Shown piece by piece: positions 1 to 9,807 of a stretch of DNA of 64,000 bases. The position numbers and the translations under genes were made by a program. The notes below the pieces were generated by a model, which saw only the letters and a program-made list of their open reading frames with translations, had not been told where the DNA came from and ran no database searches. The DNA comes from Polyangiaceae bacterium (GTDB lineage: Bacteria > Myxococcota_A > Polyangia > Polyangiales > Polyangiaceae), in assembly GCA_035063585.1 (NCBI GenBank), contig JAPSGB010000016.1, positions 23,476-87,475 of the forward strand, read 5' to 3'. Numbering within the stretch: the stretch's first letter is position 1; each line of letters opens with the position of its first letter.

Positions 1-921
1 GCGCTCGGCCGCGGCGCGCTCGAGGAGCGGGAGCAGGCGGCGGCCGCGGCGATCGCGGACGAAGCCGAACAGGCTCTCGGGCGGCGGAGGCTCCCAAGTG
101 AGGCTATTTGCGTGCATACGCGTGAATGCATCAATCAGGGATCGCTTGCCTTTTTGTAGCTCGTCGGCGCGGCGGGCGAGCGCGTCGGCGGCGTCGAGGA
201 CGGCCGCGCCGAGCGCCCAGCTCGCGGCCGGGGCGTGGCCCGCGAGGTGGAGCTCGACGGTGCGCGCCGCGCTCACGCGCTCCTCGGGCAGGAGCAGCCA
301 GCCGGCGCGCGCGAAGTTCACGCCCCAGCACTTGGTGGTGCTCGAGCAGGTGATGACGTTCGGCGCGAGCGAGCGCGCGGTCCGGCCGGGCGCCATGAGC
401 TCGAGGTAGGCCTCGTCGACGAAGAGCCACGCGCCTCGCGCGGCGAGCCGCGCGGCGAGCTCGGCGAGCGCGGGCTCCGGCGTGAGCCCGCCGCCCGGGT
501 TGTGCGGGTTGGTGACGACCACCATCCGCGCGCCCTCGGGGAGCGCGGCCATCACGCGCTCGGGCTCGAGCGCGGCGCCGCGCTCGAAGAACGAGACGCG
601 CAGCCCGAGCGCCTCGGGGACCCGCCAGAGCGGCTCGTAGCCGGGGCTCTCCGAGAGCACGGCGTCGCCGCGGTCGAGGAGCGCGGCGAAGGCGACGAAG
701 AGCGCGCCGCTGCCCCCGAGGCACGGGTAGACCTCCGCCTCCGGCACTCGATAGCGCGCGGCGAGGCGCGCGCGAAACCGGTCTCGCGCGGCCGGGTCGT
801 CGGTCGGCACGGGCGCGAGCGCGCTCGCGCCGACCCGCGCGACGCCGCTCGAGGCGAGATCATAGCGGACCTTGCCGAACCAACGCTCGGCGTACCCGAG
901 GTACTCGATGGGCGGGAACAC
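1..921 (-). CDS. PLP-dependent aminotransferase class I/II (3' end runs off window)
   Basis: Translated by hand from GTG 921: VFPPIEYLGYAERWFGKVRYDLASSG...VVTNPHNPGG...FVDEAY...CSSTTKCWGVNFARAGW (NPxNP, DEAY and SxxK...RxGW motifs). Absent from the ORF track because there is no stop in the window. Confidence 0.85.
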   Translation of the reverse strand, partial: MFPPIEYLGYAERWFGKVRYDLASSGVARVGASALAPVPTDDPAARDRFRARLAARYRVPEAEVYPCLGGSGALFVAFAALLDRGDAVLSESPGYEPLWRVPEALGLRVSFFERGAALEPERVMAALPEGARMVVVTNPHNPGGGLTPEPALAELAARLAARGAWLFVDEAYLELMAPGRTARSLAPNVITCSSTTKCWGVNFARAGWLLLPEERVSAARTVELHLAGHAPAASWALGAAVLDAADALARRADELQKGKRSLIDAFTRMHANSLTWEPPPPESLFGFVRDRRGRRLLPLLERAAAER

Positions 922-991
922 GCGCGGCAGCCTACTTCAGCCTTCTCGTCGCGTCGCGGCGCTTTGCGCTATGTTCCGCGCCGCCCCGACG

Positions 992-1963
992 ATGAGCGAA
1001 CGACCCGACCCCGAACCCGCGGACGAGGCCCCCGAGGTCGTCTCCGCGCCGCCGCCGGAGCCGAAGGGCGAGGGCTCGCTCTCATGGCGGCTCCTCGGGG
1101 TGGTAAAGACCATCCGCCCGCACCAGTGGGTGAAGAACGTCTTCGTGCTCGCGCCCGTGGTGTTCGCGAAGGAGATCTTCAGCCCGCTGCTCCTGTTCCG
1201 CGCGGTGGGCGCGTTCAGCGTATTTTGTCTGCTCGCCGGCGCCGTCTACACCATCAATGACCTCGCCGACGTCGAGGCCGACCGCGCGCATCCGGTCAAG
1301 CGCCACCGGCCGATCGCCTCGGGCCGGGTGCCGGTGCCGGTCGCGCGCGTGCTCGCCGTGCTGCTCATCCTGCTCGCGCTCGGCGGCGCGGCCTACGGCC
1401 CCTTGCCGTTCCTCGTCGTGGCGGCGACCTACTTCGGGCTGAACCTCGCCTACTCGTTCAAGCTGAAGCACGTCGCGTACGTCGACGTCTCGATCATCGC
1501 GGCGGGGTTCGTCCTCCGCGTGATGGCGGGCGGCTACGCCACGCGGATCGACGTCTCGAGTTATCTCCTCCTCTGCACCGCGCTCCTCGCGCTCTTCCTC
1601 GGGTTCGGCAAGCGCCGCCACGAGGTCGCCATGGCGCGCGCAGGCAAGCAGCGCGCCGCGCTCGAGTCGTACACGCGGCGCGGCCTCGACGTGAGCCTCG
1701 GGATCACGGCGCTCCTCACCGTGATCACCTACGTCGCGTACACGCTCGATCCGCACACGCGCGCCTTCTTCCACACGGATTATCTGTGGGTGAGCGTGGT
1801 GTTCGTGATCGCGGCGCTCGCGCGCTTCCTGCACCTGGTGCGAAATCGGCCCAACGCCGAGAGCCCGACCCAGGAGATCCTGCGCGACGGCCCGTTCGTC
1901 GCGATCCTGCTCGGCTGGGCGGTGCTCGTGTTCTGGGTCGTCTATAATTTGAGACCGAGCTGA
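992..1963 (+). CDS. UbiA-family prenyltransferase (decaprenyl-phosphate phosphoribosyltransferase-like)
   Basis: RPHQWVKN, YTINDLADVEADRAHPVKRHRPIASG and GKRRHE motifs; multiple TM helices. Start re-assigned to ATG 992. Confidence 0.88.
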   Translation: MSERPDPEPADEAPEVVSAPPPEPKGEGSLSWRLLGVVKTIRPHQWVKNVFVLAPVVFAKEIFSPLLLFRAVGAFSVFCLLAGAVYTINDLADVEADRAHPVKRHRPIASGRVPVPVARVLAVLLILLALGGAAYGPLPFLVVAATYFGLNLAYSFKLKHVAYVDVSIIAAGFVLRVMAGGYATRIDVSSYLLLCTALLALFLGFGKRRHEVAMARAGKQRAALESYTRRGLDVSLGITALLTVITYVAYTLDPHTRAFFHTDYLWVSVVFVIAALARFLHLVRNRPNAESPTQEILRDGPFVAILLGWAVLVFWVVYNLRPS

Positions 1964-2685
1964 TGGCGGAGGCGGTAACGCAGGGCGAGCGGGTCGCCAC
2001 GCCGAAGCGCGCGAGCGACCCCTGGGCGGATCTCACGCTCACCCTGCCCTTCTTCGTCATCTACCACCTCGGCGTCATCTTCCTGCCGGTGCGGAACGCC
2101 GCCGACCTCGTGACCCAGGAGCTGGCCGCGCTCGCGAACCACAGCCTCCTCGCCTACGGCGGCCTCACCCTCGCGGTCGGCGCGGTGTACGTCGGGATCC
2201 TGCTCGCGCTCGGCCGCGGCCACGCGCTGCACTGGAATCGGTTCTTGTTCATCGCGCTCGAGGGCGTGCTCTACGCCTTCGCGATGCGGCTCGTCGCCTC
2301 CTACGTGGTCGGACGCCTGCGGCTCCTCACCGGCGACGCCGACGGCCCGTTCACGGGCGCCATCATGTCGCTCGGCGCGGGCTTCTACGAGGAGATCGCC
2401 TTCCGCGTGATCCTCTTCGGGCTCGGCGCGAAGCTGCTCGGCCTGCTCTTCGCGTCGGCGCCCTCTTACAAGACGAAGCTCATCACCATCGCCTGGGGCC
2501 TGGCGAGCGCCGCCATCTTCAGCGGCTGGCACTACGTCGGTCCGCTCGGCGACCCGTTCGAGCTCCGCTCGTTCGTGTTCCGCTGGGTGTGCGGGCTCGC
2601 CTTCGTCGTCATCTACTCGTTCCGCGGGTTCGCCCCCGCGGTGTGGACGCACGCGCTCTACGACGTCTGGGTGCTCGTGCTCTGA
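1963..2685 (+). CDS. CPBP/Abi family intramembrane glutamic endopeptidase
   Basis: YEEIAFR, FSGWH and THALYD motifs; TM helices; start overlaps the upstream stop. Confidence 0.85.
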   Translation: MAEAVTQGERVATPKRASDPWADLTLTLPFFVIYHLGVIFLPVRNAADLVTQELAALANHSLLAYGGLTLAVGAVYVGILLALGRGHALHWNRFLFIALEGVLYAFAMRLVASYVVGRLRLLTGDADGPFTGAIMSLGAGFYEEIAFRVILFGLGAKLLGLLFASAPSYKTKLITIAWGLASAAIFSGWHYVGPLGDPFELRSFVFRWVCGLAFVVIYSFRGFAPAVWTHALYDVWVLVL

Positions 2686-2702
2686 GCCTCGCTGGCTGGG
2701 GT

Positions 2703-2717
2703 GTCGGTCCGGCGCGG
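2703..2717 (-). repeat. Copy of dispersed REP-like element core (CCGCGCCGGACCGAC)
   Basis: Reverse complement is identical to 10540-10554, 10614-10628 and 23815-23829; lies between convergent genes. Confidence 0.55.
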
Positions 2718-2761
2718 CCGGCGGCGCGCCGGCCGGCTACGGCGCCGCACGGCCGGGCGGC

Positions 2762-3499
2762 TCACTCCCGCCTCGCCAGCACGAAGCGCTCGACGTTCCC
2801 CTTCGGGCCGGGGAGCGTCGAGTCGCGCTCCGCTTCCACGCGGAAACCCGCGGCGAGGATGGCGGCGCGCGCCTTGGCGATGGCTGCCTCGCGCACCGCC
2901 GGGTCGCGGATGACCCCCTTGCCGCGCCGCACCTCGGCGCGCCCCGCCTCGAACTGCGGCTTGATCATCGCCAGCAGGAGCTTTCCGGGCGGGACGAGCT
3001 CGCGGAGCGCCGGCAAGAGCTTGTCGATACCGATGAAGGACGCGTCGACCACCGCGAGATCGAGCGGCTCGCCGAGAGCGTCGGGGGCGAGGTGTCGCGC
3101 GTTCACGCCTTCCATCACGACCACGCGCGGATCGCTCCGGAGCGCCGCCGCGAGGAGCCCGCTGCCGACGTCGACCGCGTAGACGCGCTTCGCGCCGCGC
3201 TGGAGCAGGCAATCGGTGAAGCCCCCGGTGGACGCGCCGACGTCCACCGCGACCAGCCCGGTGACGTCGAGGGCGAGCTCGGTGAGCGCGCCCTCGAGCT
3301 TCACGCCGCCGCGCGACACGAAGCGCTCGGCGCCCGCGAGGGTGAGCTCGGCGTCGAGCGCGAGCGGCGCGCCAGCCTTGTCGATCCGCACCCCGCGACT
3401 GAACACCCGTCCGGCCATGAGCAGCGCCTGCGCTTGGCTGCGCGTCGGCGCGAGCCCGCGCCGCACGAGCAGGAGATCGGCGCGCTCCTTCGGGCTCAT
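2762..3499 (-). CDS. tlyA: TlyA family rRNA 2'-O-methyltransferase
   Basis: S4 domain KERADLLLVRRGLA; FVSRGGVKL, DVGASTGGFTDCLLQRGA, IKPQFEAG and GPKGNVE. Start re-assigned to ATG 3499. Confidence 0.95.
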   Translation of the reverse strand: MSPKERADLLLVRRGLAPTRSQAQALLMAGRVFSRGVRIDKAGAPLALDAELTLAGAERFVSRGGVKLEGALTELALDVTGLVAVDVGASTGGFTDCLLQRGAKRVYAVDVGSGLLAAALRSDPRVVVMEGVNARHLAPDALGEPLDLAVVDASFIGIDKLLPALRELVPPGKLLLAMIKPQFEAGRAEVRRGKGVIRDPAVREAAIAKARAAILAAGFRVEAERDSTLPGPKGNVERFVLARRE

Positions 3500-3634
3500 C
3501 GGCGAGACTCTAAGGTGCGCCCCGAGCCGGCGCGAGCCCCGGAGCCGGCCGGCACCGGCGCGGTCACGCTGGAAAACTTCACTCAGAGCGTGTATCGATT
3601 GGGTCGCGGGCTCGTCAAACCAGCACGAAATGGC

Positions 3635-3665
3635 TGAATAACGCACTGCGTTATTCAAAAGGTTG
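3635..3665. promoter_or_regulatory. Perfect 11-1-11 inverted repeat (operator-like) overlapping an IHF-like site
   Basis: TGAATAACGCA-C-TGCGTTATTCA at 3635-3657. ATTCAAAAGGTTG at 3653-3665 has one mismatch to WATCAANNNNTTR. AT-rich, in a divergent intergenic region. Confidence 0.6.
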
Positions 3666-3765
3666 ACTACGGCGGAGGCGTTTGCGAGCCTGCGCGCGTG
3701 GTCCGAGCGGGCGGGCCCATCGGCTCGACGCTCGCTCTCGTAAGGGTCTGCCACTGGAGGATTCG

Positions 3766-4566
3766 ATGACTAATGTTCGAAAGCTTGGCGCAGCCGCCAC
3801 CGCGGCGATGATCACGGTTCTGTCGGCGAGCGCGGCGCTCGCTCAGGAAGGCGGCGCGGAGGCCTCGACGTCGGGGGAGGTCGGGATGGCCTTGCCGGCC
3901 GCAGGTGCGCCGGCGGCGGCGGCTCCGGGCAACTCGGACCATGACCAGATGGTTGGGCGCTTCGCGATCGGCTACCTCGGCCGCGCCGGCGTGCCCATCG
4001 CGAATGGCGCCAACGGCGCCGGCGGGCAGGGCGTCGTCAGCGCCCCGGTGGTCGGCATCCGCTACTGGCTCGACCAGGGCATGGGCATCGACGCCGGCCT
4101 CGGGCTCAGCCTCGGCGGCGGGAGCACCGAGGGTTCGACGGGTGGCACCTCCGTCAGCGTCGACGCCACGGTGCCGACGGCCTTCCTGATCCACGGCGGT
4201 CTGCCCTTCGCGCTCGCCTCGAACGGGCACTTCACCTTCCTCGTCGTGCCGGAGCTCAACGTCGGCTTCGCGACCGCGACGGACAAGGCCCAGGGCGCCG
4301 GCACCTACGACAACGACTACAGCGGCTTCCTGCTCGACATCGGCGCGCGCGCCGGCGCCGAGATCCACTTCGGGTTCATCGGCGTGCCCCAGCTCTCGCT
4401 CCAGGGCAGCGTCGGGCTCCTCTTCGGCATGGCGAACACCAAGTCGACGTACAAGGCGCCCACCGAGGTCTCGACGAAGGAGAGCCGCTGGGGCCTGCAG
4501 ACGGCCCTCTACGATAGCCCCTGGAACATCTTCGCGAGCAACGTCGCGGCGCTCTACTACTTCTGA
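3766..4566 (+). CDS. Outer-membrane beta-barrel protein
   Basis: GGAGGA SD before ATG 3766; signal peptide ending ALA-Q; alternating amphipathic strands; C-terminal ...AALYYF. Confidence 0.75.
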   Translation: MTNVRKLGAAATAAMITVLSASAALAQEGGAEASTSGEVGMALPAAGAPAAAAPGNSDHDQMVGRFAIGYLGRAGVPIANGANGAGGQGVVSAPVVGIRYWLDQGMGIDAGLGLSLGGGSTEGSTGGTSVSVDATVPTAFLIHGGLPFALASNGHFTFLVVPELNVGFATATDKAQGAGTYDNDYSGFLLDIGARAGAEIHFGFIGVPQLSLQGSVGLLFGMANTKSTYKAPTEVSTKESRWGLQTALYDSPWNIFASNVAALYYF

Positions 4567-4586
4567 GCCCCTCGTGACCCGCGCCG

Positions 4587-4612
4587 CCCGCCGCGCCTCG
4601 AGGCGCGGCGGG
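4587..4612 (+). terminator. Perfect 26-bp GC palindrome (terminator or stabilising hairpin)
   Basis: CCCGCCGCGCCTC|GAGGCGCGGCGGG, 20 nt after the barrel gene stop; no U-tract. Confidence 0.5.
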
Positions 4613-4682
4613 CCGGCTCGCGAGTCCTCTGCTAGACTATCCGCGACTCCGGGGAGTCGTCGTTCTTGATTGGGAGCGTGTC

Positions 4683-5273
4683 ATGACCATGAACCGTCTC
4701 GTTCCGTTGCTCGGTCTCCTGGTGGTCGCCTGCGGCGGTGGCACCGGTGGCCCGTCCTTGGGTGGGCTCTTCTCTTCGACTGGTACGCCGGCGAGCCAAA
4801 GTGACACGCCGGCGAGCGGCAGCGACACGCCCGGGAGTCAGACCGACACGCCGACTGGTGGCGGCACGTCGGGCGCCACCGGCGCCGTCTGCACTCAAGC
4901 GTGCGCGCTCGCCGCGAAGTATCCGTGTTTCGCGAAGGACCTCCCGGCTCAGGGTTGCGTCGAAGTGTGCCAAGAGCAGCTCGCCTCGGAGCCTGAGGCC
5001 GCGCTTTGCGCCGGCCCTATGATGGCATGGTTGAGCTGCGCGGAGCGCGCCGGCCTCCTCTCCTGCGACGAGGACGGCGACCTCGAGCCGGCACCGGGCG
5101 TCCAAGCGGCGTGCGCCAAGGAACTCAAGGCGGTCCCGAAGGAGTGCCAGAGCAGCTCGACCGACTCCTGCGAGCCGGGGAACTGCGGCGGCTGCGCGAA
5201 CGCGTGCGACGCGTGCATGTGCGCTACGAACAACAGCCAGCAGGCGTGCGCGTCGGCGTGCGCGGACGGCTGA
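4683..5273 (+). CDS. Cys-rich lipoprotein, unknown function
   Basis: Lipobox LVVAC; S/T/G/P linker; many CxxxC/CxxC motifs. Confidence 0.7.
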   Translation: MTMNRLVPLLGLLVVACGGGTGGPSLGGLFSSTGTPASQSDTPASGSDTPGSQTDTPTGGGTSGATGAVCTQACALAAKYPCFAKDLPAQGCVEVCQEQLASEPEAALCAGPMMAWLSCAERAGLLSCDEDGDLEPAPGVQAACAKELKAVPKECQSSSTDSCEPGNCGGCANACDACMCATNNSQQACASACADG

Positions 5274-5310
5274 TCTCTGCGAGCGAGCGGCGCGGCGCGC
5301 GAGCGCCGCG

Positions 5311-5985
5311 CTAACTCGCTCGAGAGACCGCCCGCACCTGGACGACCTCCGGATCGTCGCAGTGCTCGACCAGGATGCGGCGCACGCGGTCCTGCCAGAG
5401 CGTGCGGAAGAGCGCTCGATCCTCCGCGCTCGCTAGCTCGCGGAGGCACGGCCCGATGAGCGCGGACACCCGCGGATCGCTGCCGACCGACTGCAGGTTC
5501 ACGTTCACCTCGACCGGCGGCGCGCCGCCGTCGAGGCGCGAGAACCGAAGCTCGCCGAACTCGAGCGGCTGCCCGAAAAACAGCTTGTCGCGGCGCATGA
5601 ACTTGCCGCCGATGCCGTGGAACCCCCAGTCGTCGGTGGCGCCGGTGATGAGCGTGCAGGCGGACGCGATGACGCCTGCCACCCCCTCGGCGCGCTGCCC
5701 GCGCACGTCCACTCGAATCTCTCCCCGCCGCGGGAGCGCTTCGCCGTAGAGCGCCTTCAGGCCCGCGCGCGTCATCAAGAACGCCGAGGCCATCGTGGGG
5801 CACGAGTGGCCCGCCAGGCGCACGACGTCGGCGTAGCGATAGCGGAGCCGGCCGCCCTCGACCGCGCCGAGGAACCCGCTCAGCGGATCGATGACGTCGA
5901 TGACCGGCGCGTCGTCGAAGAAGGCCGGGAAGACCTCATGAGGCGCGGCCGCGGTGTCCGGCTGCGCTCGGCTCGTATGACTCAT
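5311..5985 (-). CDS. FmdE-like (formylmethanofuran dehydrogenase subunit E family) protein
   Basis: LAGHSCPT metal motif; ITGA...GFHGIGGKF. Start at 5985 or 6003. Confidence 0.7.
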   Translation of the reverse strand: MSHTSRAQPDTAAAPHEVFPAFFDDAPVIDVIDPLSGFLGAVEGGRLRYRYADVVRLAGHSCPTMASAFLMTRAGLKALYGEALPRRGEIRVDVRGQRAEGVAGVIASACTLITGATDDWGFHGIGGKFMRRDKLFFGQPLEFGELRFSRLDGGAPPVEVNVNLQSVGSDPRVSALIGPCLRELASAEDRALFRTLWQDRVRRILVEHCDDPEVVQVRAVSRAS

Positions 5986-6149
5986 GGCCTCCCTATAACG
6001 CACGCGCCTCCCGATGAGCAGGCTCCTTCGGCTTCGACGCGCCGCGCGGGTCGCGACCGGCTCGAGCTCGGCTCCCGCGCGCAGGCTCGCCGCCGGCCCG
6101 GGCTTCGCTCCACGTGCGCCTCGCCGAATCGGTGATAGCTTGCGAATCG

Positions 6150-6752
6150 ATGAAATCTCTCTTCACTTGTTCTCTCGTCAAGTTCACGTTCGCGCCTCTC
6201 TTCCTCGCGCTCGCCGGAGCGTGCGCGGCGCAGCCCGCCGCGTCACCGAGCTCACCGAGCTCACCGAGCTCACCGAGCTCACCGAGCTCACCGAGTGACG
6301 CCGCGCCCCCGCCCGCGACTGAGGCTCCGCCGGCTGCGCCGAACCCGGCCGCGAGCAAAGAGCTCCAGGCCTTCCCAGCGAAGCTCGAGGGGCACCAGCG
6401 CTATGTCATCGAGCTCCCCGAGCTCCCCGACGAGGCCGCGCGCAAGGTCGAGCTCATCGGCGGCAAGGCGATGACGGTCGACTGCAACAGTCGCGGGATG
6501 GACGGAAAGTTCGAGTCGCGAGACGTCGAGGGCTACGGCTACCAGTACTACGTGCTCGCGAGCACGGGCCAGGTCCGAACGACGCTGATGGCCTGCCCGC
6601 CCGGCTCCGAGAAGCCCGGCTTCGTCGAGGCGGAGCCCCTCCTCGTCCGCTATAATAGCAAGCTGCCGCTCGTCGTCTTCGTGCCGGACGGCATGGCGCT
6701 CCGCTGGCGCGCGTGGAGCGCCGCCGCGACGGCGGACGCGCCCGCGCGCTGA
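6150..6752 (+). CDS. Ecotin-family serine protease inhibitor, lipoprotein form
   Basis: KVELIGGK...VDCN...VEGYGYQYY...TTLMACP...RYNSKLPLVVFVP; lipobox LAGAC; (SPS)n linker. Confidence 0.9.
   Translation: MKSLFTCSLVKFTFAPLFLALAGACAAQPAASPSSPSSPSSPSSPSSPSDAAPPPATEAPPAAPNPAASKELQAFPAKLEGHQRYVIELPELPDEAARKVELIGGKAMTVDCNSRGMDGKFESRDVEGYGYQYYVLASTGQVRTTLMACPPGSEKPGFVEAEPLLVRYNSKLPLVVFVPDGMALRWRAWSAAATADAPAR
6243..6296 (+). repeat. In-frame 9-bp tandem repeat (TCACCGAGC x6; Ser-Pro-Ser)
   Basis: Directly visible; last unit has one mismatch. Confidence 0.95.
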
Positions 6753-6863
6753 CGCCGCCCGACGGGCGCGGCGGCCGCCGCCGGCGGCCGCGCGGGCCGC
6801 CAGCGGCCGCATCAATGAACTCGCGCGGTTGGCGCCGGCCCGCCGATTGCAACTCTCGGCGGC

Positions 6864-9224
6864 GTGCGCGTCGATGGCCCGCTCCTCATCGCGGCCGCGC
6901 TGCTCGGCGGTGCGACGGCCGCGGCGGCGCCGCTCGCGTCGAGCCTCGCCGCGCTCGGCGTCGCGCTCGTGGTGGCGCCGCGCGTGCGCGTGTCGGTGCT
7001 GCTCGGCGCCGTGCTCGCGTTCGGCGCGGGCGCGTGGCGCGCGCATCGAGCGTGCGTCGGCTTCGAGGCCGAGCGCGTCCACGCGCGGGACGCGCTCGGG
7101 CCGCCCGCCCGCTGCTTCGCCGAGGGGACGATCGTCACCTCGCCCACCTGGCGCCAGGGCGCGGCCTCGTACCTCGTCGACCTCGAACACGCCGACTGCG
7201 AGGGCCGCCGCTTGCCGCCCGTGGTCCGCGCGCGCGTCTACGGCGGCCCCGTCGATCTCGCGCGCGGCGACCGCGTCGAAGTCACCGCGCAGCTCGCGCC
7301 GGTGCGGCTCTTCCGAGAGCTCGAGCTTCCCGATCCGGTGCCGCGTGCGGCGCGACACGGCACGCTCCTCAGCGGTATGGCGCTCAGCGTGGTGCCGCTC
7401 CGGCGCGCGCACGGCTGGCGCGCCCTCATCGACGCCGCTCGCGCGCACGCTCGCAGCCGCATCCAGGCGAGCTTCGCGCCCACCGCGGCCGGCATGGCGC
7501 GCGCGCTGGTGCTCGGCGAAAATGACCTCGATCCGGCGGACGACGAGGCGTTCCGCGCGAGCGGGCTCTCGCACATGCTCGCCGTGAGCGGGACCCACCT
7601 GGTCTTCGCGGTGGTCGCCCTGGTGCGCGCGTTCGCGTATCTCTTGGCGCGGGTCGAGCGGCTCTCCGCGCGCTTCGAGGTGAGCCGCCTCGCCTCCGCG
7701 CTCGGCGCGCTGCTCGCGCTCACCTACGCCGATTTCGCGGGCGGTTCGGGCTCCGCATGGCGCGCGGCGTGGATGCTCGCGGCCGCGCTCGGCGCGCGCG
7801 CGCTCGGTCGTCGCCCGCGCATCGCGCGCGTGCTCGCCGCCTCGCTCGTCACCGGCGCGCTCATCGACCCGCTCGCGGTGTACGACGTCTCGTTCCTGCT
7901 CTCGGCAGCGGCGACCATCGGCCTCGTGGTCTTCGGCCGCCCGCTCGCCGCGCGCTGCGCGAGTTGGCCGAGGCTGCTCCGCCACGCCGGCGAGAGCGTC
8001 GCGGCCACGGTCGCCTCCATGCTCCCCTGCGCGCCGCTCCTCGCGCTCCTCGCGCCGACCCTCACCATCGCCGGAATCGTCGCCAACGTGGTGGCCGCGC
8101 CCTTCGGCGAGGTGGTCGCGCTCCCGCTCTGCCTGGCGCACGGCCTGCTCGCACTGCTGCCCGCCGCCGAGCGCGGGGTCGCGCTGGTCGCCTCCGGCGC
8201 GCTCCTCATCGTGAAGCGAGTGGCGCAGCTCAGCGCGGACGCGACCTGGCTCGCGTTCCGCGTCCCCGCGCCGACGCCGTGGCACTTCGCGCTCCTCGCG
8301 GTCGGAGGCGCGGCGTTCTTGACCATGCGCCGCGCTCGGGCCGTCTCCGCGCTCGCGACGTTCGCCGGCCTCGCGGCGCTCGAGCTCGCCACCCATCGCG
8401 CCGGTCACCCGCGCGGTCGTCTTCGCGTCACCGCGCTCGACGTCGGGCAAGGCGACTCGACCCTGATCGATTTGCCCGACGGACGCCTCATGCTCATCGA
8501 TGGGGGCGGCTTCGTGGGGAGCCCGGTCGATCCGGGGACGAGCGTCATCCTTCCCGTGCTTCGCGCGCGCCGCCGCGCGCGCGTCGACATCGCGGTGCTC
8601 TCCCACGCGCACCCCGACCACTTCACCGGTCTAGCGAGCGCGCTCCCGGAGGTCGAAGTCGGTGAGCTCTGGGACAGCGGGCAAGGAGAAGCCGAGGGCG
8701 CGGGCCCGCTCTACGCCGCGCTCATCGCGAACCTGCGCGGTCGCGGCATCCCCATCCGTCACGCCGCTTGGTTTTGCGGTCGCAGCGTCGCGGCCGGCGG
8801 CGCGGTCGTCGAGCCCTTGGCGCCGTGCCCCGACTTCGTCCCGCGCGGGCCCGGCAACGACAATTCGATCGTGCTCAGGATCCGCTACGGAGCGCGTCGC
8901 GCGCTGCTCGTCGGCGACGCCGAGCGAGACGAAGAGCGTCGCGTGCTCGGCGCTCACGCGGGCGCGCTCCGCGCGGACTTCCTCAAGGTCGGCCACCATG
9001 GCTCGCGTACCAGCACCTCGCCGGACTTTCTCCGCGCCGTGTCGCCCGCGTTCGCGACCATTTCGTGCGGGGTGCGTAACCGCTACGGTCACCCTCGTCC
9101 CGAGACGCTCGCCACGCTCGCGGCGGCCGGCGTCCGGGCGCTCCGCCTGGACCGCGTGGGAGCGGTCGAGTGGGCGACCGACGGCCGGGAGGTGACCGTG
9201 CGCGCCTACAGCGTGCCGCGCTGA
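6864..9224 (+). CDS. comEC: ComEC/Rec2 DNA-uptake competence protein
   Basis: GLSHMLAVSGTH competence domain; C-terminal MBL domain (LDVGQGD, SHAHPDH, KVGHHGS, NRYGHP). Confidence 0.93.
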   Translation: MRVDGPLLIAAALLGGATAAAAPLASSLAALGVALVVAPRVRVSVLLGAVLAFGAGAWRAHRACVGFEAERVHARDALGPPARCFAEGTIVTSPTWRQGAASYLVDLEHADCEGRRLPPVVRARVYGGPVDLARGDRVEVTAQLAPVRLFRELELPDPVPRAARHGTLLSGMALSVVPLRRAHGWRALIDAARAHARSRIQASFAPTAAGMARALVLGENDLDPADDEAFRASGLSHMLAVSGTHLVFAVVALVRAFAYLLARVERLSARFEVSRLASALGALLALTYADFAGGSGSAWRAAWMLAAALGARALGRRPRIARVLAASLVTGALIDPLAVYDVSFLLSAAATIGLVVFGRPLAARCASWPRLLRHAGESVAATVASMLPCAPLLALLAPTLTIAGIVANVVAAPFGEVVALPLCLAHGLLALLPAAERGVALVASGALLIVKRVAQLSADATWLAFRVPAPTPWHFALLAVGGAAFLTMRRARAVSALATFAGLAALELATHRAGHPRGRLRVTALDVGQGDSTLIDLPDGRLMLIDGGGFVGSPVDPGTSVILPVLRARRRARVDIAVLSHAHPDHFTGLASALPEVEVGELWDSGQGEAEGAGPLYAALIANLRGRGIPIRHAAWFCGRSVAAGGAVVEPLAPCPDFVPRGPGNDNSIVLRIRYGARRALLVGDAERDEERRVLGAHAGALRADFLKVGHHGSRTSTSPDFLRAVSPAFATISCGVRNRYGHPRPETLATLAAAGVRALRLDRVGAVEWATDGREVTVRAYSVPR

Positions 9225-9264
9225 GCTCGCTTGACGCTCGCGCCGCGCGCCGTTACGCGCGGGC

Positions 9265-9804
9265 ATGAAGCACGTCGCGGAGCTCGCCCGGACGAGAACG
9301 CTTGTCGGCGCCGCCGAGCTCGCCGCGAGGGTGCGCGAGCTCGGCGCCCGCATCACCGAGGACTACGCCGGGCGCTCGCTGGTGTTGATCGTAGTGCTCA
9401 AGGGCAGCTTCATCTTCGCAGCCGATCTCGCGCGCGCGATCGATCTGCCGCTCCGTGTCGAGTTCCTCGGCGTGCAGAGCTACGGCGACGACACGCGCTC
9501 GAGCGGCGTCGTGCAAATCACTCTCGACGTTACCCGCCCGATCGACGGCGAGGACATCTTGGTCGTGGAGGATATCGTCGACACCGGTCTCACCCTGAAG
9601 TACATCCTCGCGCAGCTCGCGGCGCGAAACCCTGCGAGCCTGAAGACCTGCGCGCTGCTCCACAAGCCGGCGCGCAAGCAGGAGGACGTGCCCATCGACT
9701 ACCTCGGCTTCACCATCGAGGACGAGTTCGTGGTCGGCTACGGACTCGACTGGGCGCAGCGCTTCCGTAACTTGCCCGAGCTCGCGGTGGTCCTCGAGTC
9801 TTAG
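9265..9804 (+). CDS. hpt: Hypoxanthine phosphoribosyltransferase
   Basis: [23 protein letters not shown] and FVVGYGLD. Confidence 0.95.
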   Translation: MKHVAELARTRTLVGAAELAARVRELGARITEDYAGRSLVLIVVLKGSFIFAADLARAIDLPLRVEFLGVQSYGDDTRSSGVVQITLDVTRPIDGEDILVVEDIVDTGLTLKYILAQLAARNPASLKTCALLHKPARKQEDVPIDYLGFTIEDEFVVGYGLDWAQRFRNLPELAVVLES

Positions 9805-9807
9805 CGC

